In this document: one piece after another, positions 24,501 through 35,391 of the stretch | Numbering within the stretch: position 1 is the stretch's first letter | How the letters are laid out: each line of letters opens with the position of its first letter | NCBI GenBank assembly: GCA_001661245.1 | Contig: KV454011.1 | Coordinates: 2,344,987 to 2,408,986 of the forward strand | Direction: 5' to 3' | From: Pachysolen tannophilus NRRL Y-2460 | Taxonomy: Eukaryota | DNA: 64,000 bases | Notes under the pieces: generated by a model | Told to the model about the DNA's origin: nothing | The model's input: only the letters and a program-made list of their open reading frames with translations | Databases searched by the model: none | Position numbers and translations under genes: made by a program

Positions 24501-26400
24501 ATGATGAAGGTTTGGAATGATTATTAAAATTCTTCACTTCAGTTCTTTTAATTCTTTTATAAACAGAACCATCTTTAACACATAAAATTACAGAACCATC
24601 ACTACCAATATCAGAATCGACACATTTTAAGTGATCTTTAGTGGCCTTCCAAACATTAATAAATTTTAAATTTTTGGAAAAATCATTTGCATTTTTCGCT
24701 TCAGATATTATTTTAAATTGTATAATATCTCCATTATCAAATAAGATGAGACATATATCTGAATTAGATTTAATAATAATCTTGATAATTTTATTTCTCC
24801 TTGAATAAATTTTAGGTTTAAAAGTATGGAATTTCCCATCATCAATTATCTTATTAAACAAGGGAACTTGAACTTTAACATGAAATCCATTTAAATACAA
24901 ATGAAGTTCATCTGAAGATGTTAATACTAAAGTTGCAATTTCAGTACATGCTACTTGCTTAATAGTACCATAATTAAAAGATAATAACTTGGGTCCTTTT
25001 TGAATTACACCTTTATAGTTATTATATTTGAGTGTATTTCCAACTGATACTGACCCCATTTGACCAATATTTAAACCCCAAAGATAAATACTATCTTTTG
25101 TATAACATAAAGAATGAATTTTAGAACAATTAATACCAATTATTTTAGAATTATTTTTTTTCAAATCAGCGCTAAGAATTTTTCTTGGTTCTAAAGACAT
25201 TGGTTCATTATAATTAGTAAAATTAGATCCATTTCCTGGTTCTGAGTTATAACCTAATTGATTAAAATTATTTAAACCCCAAGAAAAAATTTCATTATTT
25301 GCAGTCAATACTAATGTATGATCATCACTAATAGATACTTCTAAAATTTTTTCATGAATTAATTTTGTTATAGGTACAAATTGATATTGAGGTTGTAAAT
25401 TTCCTAATCCTAATCTTCCTCTACTACCAATACCTGAAATATAAATATTTGCCATTGAATCTGTTGTTAATATGATGGTATGTAATTTGGATAATTTTAA
25501 ATCTCTTATACGTGGTAATGATATTCTTTCACTTAATTTTGGATAAAATGAGGCATTACCATAATTATATTTCAATTTTTCCAATTTTACCTTTATTGGA
25601 ACTAATCTATCAACAGAATCAGAACAACCTAAATTATTATTTTTATTTGATCCAAATAACCAAACTTCATTACCACCTCTATCTTTTGTAAACCAATGAT
25701 GACTATGATTTATATCTGAACGATAACTTATATTTATATGTTTGATTGCATTTTTATTATGTGATTCTGTTATAGAAGGATGATGGAAACCAATTGATAT
25801 TGGGATATAAATAAAACTTCTTAAATCATTTTCACTACTTAATAAATCTAGTGGAGTATAACCTTCACGATCTTTATGTTTTATTAATAATTCTGTTAAA
25901 TTTTTAAATTGTTCTTGATTATAATTTAAAATTAAATTTGCCATTATAAAATTATTATTATGAATAGCATAATGAAGACAATTCCAATTACTTTCATAAT
26001 CTGTTATCAAAATATTTAAATTTGGATTTTTAAATAAATATTTTAAATAATCATACCTATTTGTTAAACAAATTATATGTAAAATTGTACGTCCAAAACA
26101 ATCTCTAATATTTAATTCATCTTTAGTTAGTTTTGGTAATTTTGAAGAAACAGTTTCATGATTATTATTATTATGATTATGACGATGTTTAGATTTAGAC
26201 TTTGCATCTCCAGGGGATGGAGAAGATATTGAAGATAACGATATTGAAGATGAAGATAGCGCCGATGACGGCGATGAGGGCAGCGACAGTAACAGTGATA
26301 GTAATGGCGACAGCAGTGACATCAGTGACAGCAGTGACGATAATAACGATGGCGACGATGGCAACGATTCTACATTTCTTGTAGTTGTCGTTGCCATCAT
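21502..26400 (-). CDS. Ankyrin-RCC1-BTB protein (IBTK / S. pombe Btb1-like)
   Basis: Ankyrin RDCFGRTILH, DYESNWNCLHYA; RCC1 FGSNKNNNLG, SWGLNNFNQLGY; BTB PVHKFILSSRS and CHSSILVSRSSYF; SLLEIQKEEEFEKWF tail. Confidence 0.85.
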   Translation of the reverse strand: MMATTTTRNVESLPSSPSLLSSLLSLMSLLSPLLSLLLSLPSSPSSALSSSSISLSSISSPSPGDAKSKSKHRHNHNNNNHETVSSKLPKLTKDELNIRDCFGRTILHIICLTNRYDYLKYLFKNPNLNILITDYESNWNCLHYAIHNNNFIMANLILNYNQEQFKNLTELLIKHKDREGYTPLDLLSSENDLRSFIYIPISIGFHHPSITESHNKNAIKHINISYRSDINHSHHWFTKDRGGNEVWLFGSNKNNNLGCSDSVDRLVPIKVKLEKLKYNYGNASFYPKLSERISLPRIRDLKLSKLHTIILTTDSMANIYISGIGSRGRLGLGNLQPQYQFVPITKLIHEKILEVSISDDHTLVLTANNEIFSWGLNNFNQLGYNSEPGNGSNFTNYNEPMSLEPRKILSADLKKNNSKIIGINCSKIHSLCYTKDSIYLWGLNIGQMGSVSVGNTLKYNNYKGVIQKGPKLLSFNYGTIKQVACTEIATLVLTSSDELHLYLNGFHVKVQVPLFNKIIDDGKFHTFKPKIYSRRNKIIKIIIKSNSDICLILFDNGDIIQFKIISEAKNANDFSKNLKFINVWKATKDHLKCVDSDIGSDGSVILCVKDGSVYKRIKRTEVKNFNNHSKPSSSLNSVTASLSSVGNVSRGKKEYKFQKVLKLNNIVKVFADPLFATFGFIKDDLDLLPHKLLKNQFLDDMSFLSPLIDSPQGTERKKLQVLREEIDDNNDKYLICNFVHKTELHGEEEEFFYHKLDNDYLESSILISSTNDKFHDLYYNKYKGRWLPHEELKFSRIYEIKKYDEFCTYLFLDDDGLQHYVWLRSDASIKKYDFFLILNKDSLEKEGFRIPVHKFILSSRSSVFKKLFITKEPVVEKIDTKDYSMSIDVGKNEIYLDAFDVRSVLIMLCHLYTDDFICTWDKYMSDSLTSEKVSIIKKSFQNLATFLNVSNFNFNNAEHKKTLTKCFNGLLSVNEENPNNDTVIYLIDDEAVYCHSSILVSRSSYFEIALSDNWYPSRKSKFRLKEIFLKHMQKDVFMVMLKYIYGYNMFELFDGNIGEKDFSTVADFINFVLLCIDAANELLLFELKDFLELAVKDFINSENVLILLQHSYTLDCQKLMENCLFFIYCNIDNLLFNSEFAELINESDHDLLNKVDYGLKWFKTLKSERRNSNLKNGRSFFERNSDVLLKEFIYDLDKYNLNLIESTDPEKKFEPIFEKLKNNPPIQSKKENAGSNSMKKLENSISARKIVDGETHTLIPGSGLVKKDIAEVKGNVMGTPRKDIESAVSDENEEDGFVPVVNNRRRRSSSKKTLYNLPSKNNHADHSVEDLKKPKERRASNLDTSVSSLDFKMKTAPINISSASRRSVGNVSLFFDDGFSSRENSPSLKKVEALPILSGTSPTTFDSSQQKPKQKVFFSTPRISQKERKKRNLDLEKLNTDYPFSLSNGNNNTNNSNNNNNNNNNGNGNGNYVTNNAWGVSGLSSSNSSSSNLVSLMPTFADAVLPAADTFQKQLVFATKKKSPKSVATLPSSEVMSATPSLSEIMYEENHKIEEKVRKSSNTKSLLEIQKEEEFEKWFLEESIKYQKQIKIMNEEPSSSSNHKGRRNLNNKNGNNKRTSKNGSDTKGAKKK

Positions 26401-26939
26401 CTTTCTATTTGACTTTTGACCAGTGAATTTTAAAACATGATGACCAATAAAACAAAAAAGAAAAAAAAAACCCCCCGAAATTAAAAAATTAAATTAAGAA
26501 TCAATTAACCGCTGATAGAATTAACTTAATTAAAAAATAAATATCTATTTTATTATAATCAAAATAGTTCAAATAACATAAATAGCCCTTAATCAGATTT
26601 AAGAGATGAGCAAGATGACACCTTTTATATAAATATATAATTATGTTTTTGTGTTAATATATAAAAAATATGATTATGATTTACACACGTGTAAACCGCC
26701 GTTTCAATATAACCAATACGATATTAATATATTTAAATAAAAATATATATCTCGTTTATATGATTATTAACATATTCAAATTATAACCAAAAAATTAAGG
26801 AAAACCTTTGGTCGTGTGAATATGAAACAAAAAAAATTAATAAAATTAACAAAAATTAAAATTATTTTCTATTAAATTTAGCGCTTAATGAGTTTTATAA
26901 TAAGTTTTTAAAAGTTGTATTTATGTATGAACAAGCAAT

Positions 26940-27385
26940 ATGTCATTTTTCTTGAATCAAAAGTTATTTGGGAATGATGAGGTTGATCTGGAAAAGGTTA
27001 AGCTAGCGGAAGTGCAGTTTGAAGCTATGTCGACCACTTTTAATACGTGAGTATGAAAAAAGTAGAAAAAGAATAATAATAATTTTAATTAGGGTATATT
27101 TATTAAGTTTCAAATTTACTAATTGAAAAGAATTTTTTTTTTTTTTTTTTTTTTTGGTATTTGTTTAGGATGTTAAAAGTTTGTAGGGAGAAATGTATTC
27201 CACATGAATATGGTGAAAGTGAACTTAATAAGGGAGAAAGTGTATGTGTAGATCGGTGTGTTTTAAAATATATGGAGACAAATTTAAAAATTGGACAGTA
27301 TGCTCAATCTGTGAGGCTAGATGCAAAAGATTTAAATTTTCATGAATATTTAAAATCAAAATATACTGAAAAAAAGAAAGAATAA
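26940..27385 (+). CDS. TIM12: Small Tim chaperone Tim12; exons 26940-27046 and 27169-27385
   Basis: MSFFLN...VQFEAMSTTFN, twin CX3C (CREKC, CVDRC); intron GTGAGT / TACTAAT / TAG; adjacent to NHP6. Confidence 0.9.
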
Positions 27386-27849
27386 ATTATTAATTGATTT
27401 AAATTTTTTTTATAAAAAATTTTTTCATAAAATTAAAAGAAAATGGAAACTGTATATATATAGATTATGAATATAAGCAATTTGGTTTAATTTGGTTTAA
27501 TATGATTTCAATTTTAGTTACAAAAAAAATAATATTAATAATATACAAAAAAAAGTTATTGAAGCATATTTCAAAAAAAACATAATGGTTGTTAATACCA
27601 TTAGAAAAAAGAGAAATAAAAAAGATAAAATCACTTCACATATATAAAAGAAAATATAGCTATAAAGAAAAGCAAAAAAACAACAAAAATAAAAATAAAA
27701 GAAAAGAAAAAATAAGAAAATAATAATCAAAAAAAAAAAAAAAAAGAAAAAACCCACTCACAACGAATAAAACAAACAAACAAAAAAATTATCTATTTTT
27801 CTTTTATTTCGATTAGAATTCCAATCCTTAGATTTTAAAATTCAATCAT

Positions 27850-28217
27850 CTATTGTTGTTGAGTTTTCAAGTATTCAGCTTTTTCTAATTCGTATCTTTT
27901 CTTATCAGCTTCAGCCTTATCTTCAAAAGGTTTCTTTTGATCATCAGAAAGAGCCTTCCATCTTTCACCCAAGACCTTACCAACTTGACCAAAGGCAATA
28001 CCTGGGTTCTCAGCACGGACTATATCACGAGTCTCGTTTGCAAAGAACATGTAAGCGGACAATGATCTCTTTGGAGCATTTGGATCTTTAAAAAAAAAAA
28101 AAAGAGAAAAATTTTTTTTCTGTTAGTAACAAGTTCATTTCTTTAAACTTGATATAGAATTTTTCATTTATACATACCCTTCTTCTTCTTTTGTGTTCTT
28201 GATCTTCTTTCAGCCAT
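27850..28217 (-). CDS. NHP6: HMG-box protein Nhp6; exons 28217-28178 and 28085-27850 (91 aa)
   Basis: [22 protein letters not shown] restored by intron 28086-28177 (GTATGT / TACTAAC / AAG). Confidence 0.93.
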
Positions 28218-29572
28218 TTTGGAAATAATTAAGCTAATTGAATTGTTAGTATAATAATTATAATATACTAATAATATAATACAATTTACTAAATAAACAA
28301 GAAAACAGTATATTATTTGTTTTTCTTTTTTTTGGGGGGGAGGACAAGAACCGTACATTAAATAAACATAGAGAGAAACCCAACTGTTTATTTGTTTATG
28401 GGAAAAAACGCGTACTGGGGGAGAAAACCAAAGAAACTCGTGTTTTTCTCAATCTCAATGAGGGAAAAAAGTATCGGGCCACTACCCGTGCTCATACTAG
28501 CGCAGTACTCGAAATTTCCCTGTTTAATTGGTAAATCATTCTGTCATATGAAAAAAAAAAAGTAGTCATTTCAAAGGGCGTGCATGCACTTACTATCGGT
28601 TTTGGTACTTTCCGGCACTACTTGTTAAAATTTTGCTCTCTCTTGGTAAAACCAGCTGACACACAAACTTTCTCTCTCTCTTTCTCTCAAAGGGGAAAAA
28701 AACAAAGATAGCCAGAACAAATTAAAATTTCCATTGAAAGAAAGTAGAAAAAAAAAAAAATAGGTTGAAAACCCATACAATATGGGAACAAAACTGGTTT
28801 CATCAAAAAAAAAAATAAATGAGAGGAATTAAAAAAAAAATTTTTTCCTTTCTTTCTTTCAAGAATTAACCATGTTCCAAGTATCGTATTGTGTAATCAA
28901 TCTTATTAAAAAAAAAGTAGAGTATTGTATTAAAAAACAAACCAATTATGAGTACGATAAACCGATAGTAAAGTAACAGCGCTAACTCATGAAATAAATT
29001 TATAACTTTAAATGAAGTTAAATTTTTAATAAATTAAACGGGGTCTCTCTTCCAAAATGATTGATATTCTTGTAATCCATCTTGTTTTCAATTGTAAATG
29101 TATTATATTGTGCATAAATTATTTTTAAAAAAAAAATTTTTTTTTTTTTTTCAAGCTATTATGAACTTTTTACTTACTATGTAAAAATTTAGTATGGTAA
29201 AATATTACTCTCTTTATTAATTTTTACTATGATATTAATTTTTATATAGGTGAAATTTAATATGAGAGGAAAAACCTGTATTTAAGGAAGGAAATTAAGG
29301 AGGTTTCGCTAATTATTTAAAAAAATTAAATTGCGCCTGACTTGTTGACCCGTGGCTGGCTTTTTCTGCTTAGAAAAAAAAAAACCAAAAAAGAAAAAAT
29401 CTGTCATTTAAACAAAAACCCAAAACAAAACAAAACACGTTGTGTTTACTTACACTACCTTTCTGGGGTTTTTTATTTTTTTTTTTTTTTTTTATCTTAC
29501 ATAATTTTTCGCTCTATTATAATTTTTATTCCTTTTTTCAGTATATGGTAATAATAGTAATAATAAACTGTA

Positions 29573-30462
29573 ATGATTAGTACTGGTACTAATGATGTAT
29601 TTTTCAACAAACTAACGAATGAAGATGATATAGATGAACATATTTTTCAGATATACTCAGAGTCTGGTCTGGTTTTCGAAAATAGAGGGTTGGGTTTTAT
29701 TTCAAAAGATGTATTTGTTCAAATCGAATTACATAATGGTGATGAATTGATAATTGAACAATCAATAACTTGTCTTTCTGGTAAGGAATCTAGTTCTACA
29801 GGGTTTCTGCTGTGGAAAGTAAGTCCACTTTTTGCAGAGTGGTTGTTGTATCATAAGAATCAGCCATTTCAAGCATTATTTTCACAAATTGATTCAAAAA
29901 ATATTTTAGAATTAGGTTCTGGAGTATCTGGGATATTAGCATCAACAATTGGGAAAAAATGTAATCATTTTATAGCTACAGATCAACGTCATATTTTAAA
30001 ACTTTTGAAAAAAAACATTTTAAATAATGTTGATCATTTTAAATCAACTACTATTGATAAAAATATTACAAATAATAGTAGTAATCAAAGTTTTTCTAAA
30101 TTAAATAAAATTAACAAAAAAAAATTAAACCTATAATAGACGTTGTGGAATTCGATTGGGAAAATTTAGAACAAGGAATATATAATACTCACCATTTACT
30201 GTTGGAAAATTCTATTGATTTAATACTTGCATGTGATACCATATATAACGAATATTTAATACCCTTTTTCATAAATTCAGTACTGAAATTGGCAACTGAA
30301 AATACAATAATCTTAATTGCTATCCATCTAAGAGACTGCGAAATTGTTGAATCTTTCTTAAAGTCAAGTCTACCAATATTTGACTGCTACAATGTGAAAA
30401 ATGAGTTTTTAACATCTGATTTACAAAAAGGTTATTCCATTTATTATTTCAAGAAAAAATGA
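29573..30462 (+). CDS. RKM5: Protein lysine methyltransferase Rkm5-like (frameshift at A9 run 30116-30124)
   Basis: STGFLLWK, ILELGSGVSG, ATDQ in first frame; EFDWE, ILACDTIYNEYLI in second; one extra A joins them. Confidence 0.75.
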
Positions 30463-30819
30463 AAAAATAAAAAATAAAAATTGGTCCACCACTATATATA
30501 GATCTCTTAATCACTTTACTCTTTTATTATTAATCCAGTAGCTTCAATATCATCACCAATATCTATCAAATCAACTTCCTCATCTTGTTTCTTTTCTCTT
30601 AAACCCCATTTTTATCTTAGTGGTAGTGCGCAAAAGTATCAAATTAATTTGTACCTTTTTTTTTTGGACTTTTCCTTTCTAATAAGGAGCCAATTTTATT
30701 GATAATAATAAATTATAAGTGGTTAGGTTTATATTAAATTATATGATATAGTTAAGTTTTGAAAGATTCTGAAAAGAAAGGGGGAAAAAAAATCAATTCA
30801 TTGAATCAATCATATATTA

Positions 30820-33048
30820 ATGGTAAATTTGATAAAAAGTATGTTATCTCAAAGGGGTTTTCCAATTTTACGGAAAGGTATTTCCAATCGTCTTTTCCAT
30901 AGTTGTATTATTATGAGAGCTGCACCAACTTCTGGTACGCCTGCAAAAGTAAGCGTTACAGTTGATGGAGTTACAGTACAAATAGAGAAAGGATCATCGA
31001 TTATCCAGGCATGTGATATGGCGGGTGTTGCTGTGCCAAGGTATTGTTATCATGATAAGTTGGCTATTGCTGGTAATTGTCGAATGTGTCTTGTTGACGT
31101 TGAGCGGGTACCAAAGATAATTGCATCTTGTGCATTTCCAGTTCAAGATGGTATGGTTGTTCATACAGATTCAGAAAGAATTAAACATTCAAGAGAAGGT
31201 GTTACGGAGATGTTGTTGGAAAATCATCCTTTGGATTGTCCAATTTGTGATCAAGGTGGAGAATGTGATTTACAAGATCAATCACAAAGATATGGTAAAG
31301 ATCGTGGTAGATTTCATGAAATTACTGGTAAAAGAGCAGTAGAAGATAAAGTTATAGGACCATTAGTTAAGACATCCATGAATCGTTGTATTCATTGTAC
31401 TAGATGTGTAAGGTTTTTAAATGATATAGCTGGAGCTCCAGAAATGGGATCTTCAGGTCGTGGTAATGATTTACAAATTGGTACTTATGTTGAAAGAAAT
31501 ATTAATTCAGAATTATCTGGTAATATCATTGATTTATGTCCAGTTGGAGCTCTTACATCTAAACCTTATGCTTTTAGAGCAAGACCATGGGAATTGAAAA
31601 GAACTGAATCTATTGATGTTCATGATGCTTTAGGTTCAAATATTAGAGTTGATCTGAGAGGAATAGAAGTTATGAGAATCTTACCAAGATTAAATGATGA
31701 AATTAATGAAGAATGGATCTCAGATAAGACTAGATTTGCTTGTGATGGATTAAAGACTCAACGTTTAACAACCCCTTTAATTAGAAGTGGTAACACTTTT
31801 GTTCCAACAAGATGGGATGAAGCTTTATCAATGATTGCATCTGAATTTGATAAGATTAAACCTAATACAAATGAAATTAAGGCAATTTCAGGTTCTTTAG
31901 CAGATGTTGAATCAATGGTTGCATTGAAAGATTTAATTAATAAATTAGGATCAGAAAATTTAACTACAGATATCAAATCAAATAATATTCCACCTGCTCA
32001 TGGAACCGATTTTAGATCCAACTATATCTTTAATTCAACCATTGAAGGAATTGAAGACGCTGATCAAATCTTATTAATTGGTACTAATCCAAGACATGAA
32101 GCTGCTGTATTAAATGCAAGAATTAGGAAAATTTGGTTAAGAACAGATCTTGAAGTTCATCACGTTGGTGAAAATTTTGATTCTACTTTTGAATTAAACC
32201 ATATTGGTGAGGATGCAAACTCCTTGAGTAAACTGTTATCAGGTGAAGTTGGATCTAAACTTTCTAAAGCTTCAAATCCTATGATTATTGTTGGTTCAGC
32301 AGTTACCGAATCAGAAGATGCCAAAGTAATTTATGACATCGTTGGTAACTTTGTAAACAAAAATAAAAATTTCAATACAGCTGATTGGAACGGTTATAAC
32401 TTATTACATCGTGAAGCTTCTCGTGTTGGTGCATTGGATATTGGGTTTGTTACTCAATCTGAAGAAATTTCTAATACAAAGCCAAAATTTATTTATTTAT
32501 TAAATGCTGATGAAATTTCAAGTGAAGACATTCCTAAGGACGCTTTTGTCGTATACCAGGGCCACCATGGTGATGTAGGTGCTTCTTTTGCAGATGTCAT
32601 CTTACCAGGTTCAGCTTATACGGAAAAGTCAGCAACATATGTTAACACTGAAGGTAGAGCACAAATTACAAGAGCTGCAACAAATCCACCTGGTGCAGCA
32701 AGAGAAGATTGGATGATTATTAGAGCCTTATCTGAATTCTTGGGTAAAACGTTACCTTATGATGACCTTTATGGAATGAGAGCACGACTTTTAGAGATTG
32801 CTCCTCATTTACTAAGACATGATGTTGTAGAGCCTGTATCTAGTGAATTGGCTAAATTGGGTTTTCAAACAGGTTTAATTTCAGGATCAACCAAAGCAAT
32901 TGGTACCCCATTGAAAAATCCAATTGAAAATTTTTATTTCACAGATGCAATTTCTAGATCTTCTGCAACCATGGCCAAATGTATTGCATCTTTTGGTCCA
33001 AAATGTGAAAAAATTGAAGTTGATAAAGCTCAATCTCTCTTTGCATAA
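30820..33048 (+). CDS. NUAM: Complex I 75-kDa Fe-S subunit (NUAM/NDUFS1)
   Basis: PRYCYH, IAGNCRMCLV, NHPLDCPICDQGGECDLQDQS, RCIHCTRCVRF. Confidence 0.97.
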   Translation: MVNLIKSMLSQRGFPILRKGISNRLFHSCIIMRAAPTSGTPAKVSVTVDGVTVQIEKGSSIIQACDMAGVAVPRYCYHDKLAIAGNCRMCLVDVERVPKIIASCAFPVQDGMVVHTDSERIKHSREGVTEMLLENHPLDCPICDQGGECDLQDQSQRYGKDRGRFHEITGKRAVEDKVIGPLVKTSMNRCIHCTRCVRFLNDIAGAPEMGSSGRGNDLQIGTYVERNINSELSGNIIDLCPVGALTSKPYAFRARPWELKRTESIDVHDALGSNIRVDLRGIEVMRILPRLNDEINEEWISDKTRFACDGLKTQRLTTPLIRSGNTFVPTRWDEALSMIASEFDKIKPNTNEIKAISGSLADVESMVALKDLINKLGSENLTTDIKSNNIPPAHGTDFRSNYIFNSTIEGIEDADQILLIGTNPRHEAAVLNARIRKIWLRTDLEVHHVGENFDSTFELNHIGEDANSLSKLLSGEVGSKLSKASNPMIIVGSAVTESEDAKVIYDIVGNFVNKNKNFNTADWNGYNLLHREASRVGALDIGFVTQSEEISNTKPKFIYLLNADEISSEDIPKDAFVVYQGHHGDVGASFADVILPGSAYTEKSATYVNTEGRAQITRAATNPPGAAREDWMIIRALSEFLGKTLPYDDLYGMRARLLEIAPHLLRHDVVEPVSSELAKLGFQTGLISGSTKAIGTPLKNPIENFYFTDAISRSSATMAKCIASFGPKCEKIEVDKAQSLFA

Positions 33049-33087
33049 ACGTAAGTTTTACTAAAAATGGTATCCTACTAACTGCCT

Positions 33088-33185
33088 AACTATTTATTTA
33101 TTCGCCTATTTATTTATTTATTATTTATTTATTTATATAATTATTTATTTATTTATTTATTGAGTTATTTATTTATTTATTTATT
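33088..33185. repeat. (TTTA)n imperfect tandem repeat between convergent genes
   Basis: Direct reading. Confidence 0.8.
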
Positions 33186-33355
33186 CTGTCTATTTATGAC
33201 AATTTATTGTTATCTATATTTTCCACTTCTGTGTCTTAGGCTCCATCCCATGATCAATTAACAGGAAAAAAATATACGTATTCTTAATTTAAAAAAAGAT
33301 CTATACAAGTGTATGATGTAGTTTTACCTTAATTAGTTAAGGATAAGTTACTGTT

Positions 33356-35113
33356 TCAAGGAATAATACCATAATCCTTCAACAAGTGGGTGTTTTCCAA
33401 AATATATTGAGCACATCTGTGACCTGCTAACTTGGAATTTCTATCTACAGTAGCTACCAAGGGTACACCATTAAGACTCAACACACATTGAATATTGTTA
33501 TTGGAAAGTTTTTGTATATCATATAAAGGCTTGATACTAAATCGTGTTAATAACGAATATAGTCTACCTTTTGCCTCTACATCTATTAAGTAGTCTTTAA
33601 TTGGGGGAGGAGTTAATGGTAAATGCCTATCTACGACACTAATGTTTGTACCGGGAGTGCTCTTATTGTAAGTATCTCCTGTTCCAACAGTACTGGTAGA
33701 ACTTTCACTAGATTGTGGAGGTGGTAATACACCTGATTTTGAGATGTTGATATTGTGCACTGATGTTTTATCAGTCTGGTGTTGTTGATTCCCTTCATCA
33801 GTTAATGCAGATTCAGGGCTTTCACCTCTCAATACAGATATAGATCTTGGCATTTGTCTCCTTATCATTGAATATTTTTCCACTTTAGGTTTATTAGATA
33901 ATGCATCCATAGCCAGCCTCAAGCCAGCTTCTTTAATATTATTTCCTCGTCCTCTACCAATTTCTTCACCTTTTATGGAGCATGCGACTACAAATGATTG
34001 GTCTGAACCATCTCCTGTTTTCACGACATCATACTTTGGAGGCATAGCTGCACATCCAACTAAGGAATATAACTCTGATTTTGCGTTTTTATTTAATGTT
34101 GATGTACTAGTTGAATTTTTTTCTTCAAATTTGTCCAAAATAGGAAGAGAAAGCAATTTTAACCAATTTTTAATCAGTTCCATATTTTCCTTTTTCTCTA
34201 ATGTTAAAGCACCAACATAAGCTTCAAATACATCTGCAAAAATTTTCATTTTTCCTTTATAAAAGGCATTATCACTTATATTTTTTCTCAATTCTTTATC
34301 AAACCCATATAATTTCGACCATGTAGTTAATGTCTGATTATTTATTAACTCTATTCTTACTTTTGACAATTCTCCTTCGTTAAATTCTGGGAAATAATCA
34401 TAAATAATTAATGTTATAAGGTTATTTAAGACAGAATCTCCTAAAAATTCTAATCTTTCATAATTAGAATTTACAAGTTCCTTATCTGAAAGATATTTCT
34501 TATCGTTAACCACTGATTTATGCATAAATACTCGTGATAGTAAGACAGGATTGCTGACTTTTGGTAGTGGCGGAGGATAATTACTATTACCAACATGATC
34601 ATGACGTTCATCACCATCACTATCTTTTGTTGAACATCCTTCATCACTATCATTTGTCGTTATTGGAGTATTATAAACCCCAATAGAATCATTCTCAAAC
34701 AAATCATCTTCAATACTCTTATCTTTAAAATCTAAAATATCATCAAACATTTTTTTCAAATTTGCTGAAGAACCATTATTATACATACTTTTCAATTTTG
34801 AAGCCAATTTGATTTTTTGATTTCTTGATAAAGCTATAAAAATCTCTTTTTTAAAAGGATCATCCATATCTATATGCTTTATGAACTTTATCAACTGGTC
34901 ATAATCAGGTGTGTCATGGATTATCTTTAATATTGAATTCTGTAACGTTGTTATAGCATACTCTATACCCAATATGTCTGTCAATTTGATATCTATTTCA
35001 GCACTATCAGCACCATCAGTACCATCATCCGCTCCATCTGCAAGCTTCAGTTTCTTCAGTTCCAAATTTTCATTCCCTTCGTCCTGCTCTGATTTCTTCC
35101 TCTTTTCATTCAT
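33356..35113 (-). CDS. RNT1: RNase III of the Rnt1/Dcr1 family with two dsRBDs
   Basis: NYERLEFLGDS and FADVFEAYVGAL catalytic motifs, dsRBD1 NAKSELYS...GRGNNIKEAG, second dsRBD-like C-terminus; adjacent to CUS1. Confidence 0.85.
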   Translation of the reverse strand: MNEKRKKSEQDEGNENLELKKLKLADGADDGTDGADSAEIDIKLTDILGIEYAITTLQNSILKIIHDTPDYDQLIKFIKHIDMDDPFKKEIFIALSRNQKIKLASKLKSMYNNGSSANLKKMFDDILDFKDKSIEDDLFENDSIGVYNTPITTNDSDEGCSTKDSDGDERHDHVGNSNYPPPLPKVSNPVLLSRVFMHKSVVNDKKYLSDKELVNSNYERLEFLGDSVLNNLITLIIYDYFPEFNEGELSKVRIELINNQTLTTWSKLYGFDKELRKNISDNAFYKGKMKIFADVFEAYVGALTLEKKENMELIKNWLKLLSLPILDKFEEKNSTSTSTLNKNAKSELYSLVGCAAMPPKYDVVKTGDGSDQSFVVACSIKGEEIGRGRGNNIKEAGLRLAMDALSNKPKVEKYSMIRRQMPRSISVLRGESPESALTDEGNQQHQTDKTSVHNINISKSGVLPPPQSSESSTSTVGTGDTYNKSTPGTNISVVDRHLPLTPPPIKDYLIDVEAKGRLYSLLTRFSIKPLYDIQKLSNNNIQCVLSLNGVPLVATVDRNSKLAGHRCAQYILENTHLLKDYGIIP

Positions 35114-35391
35114 CTCCTACCCTTTCTCTTTATTTCTTCTCAACTATTACAAATTATAATTCACATATTTGATATGTCTTCTCTGTCTGCTCTTCTTCCC
35201 ATATGAAAAAAAAGACTGAAAAAATATTGGCGGAGACGGAGAAAAAAAAACTTTTTTTTAAAGTCTCCGGATTGGAGATGTTTTATTACAGAAACTTCGC
35301 GCAAACGGAGAAGATTTGGATTTTTACTATTACTTTATTACTATAGTACATAATAAATAAATCATATATATATATATATATATGGACAAGT

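Noticed and set aside
27518..27757. Hydrophobic Phe-rich small ORFs (also 4893-5189, 57862-58098, 59708-59977)
   Set aside because: Products of poly-T/poly-A intergenic tracts.
28220..29570. Long intergenic regions as hosts of ncRNA, LTR or centromere (also 10130-11490)
   Set aside because: No snoRNA box pairs, LTR termini with target duplications, or splice-consistent exons could be identified by eye.
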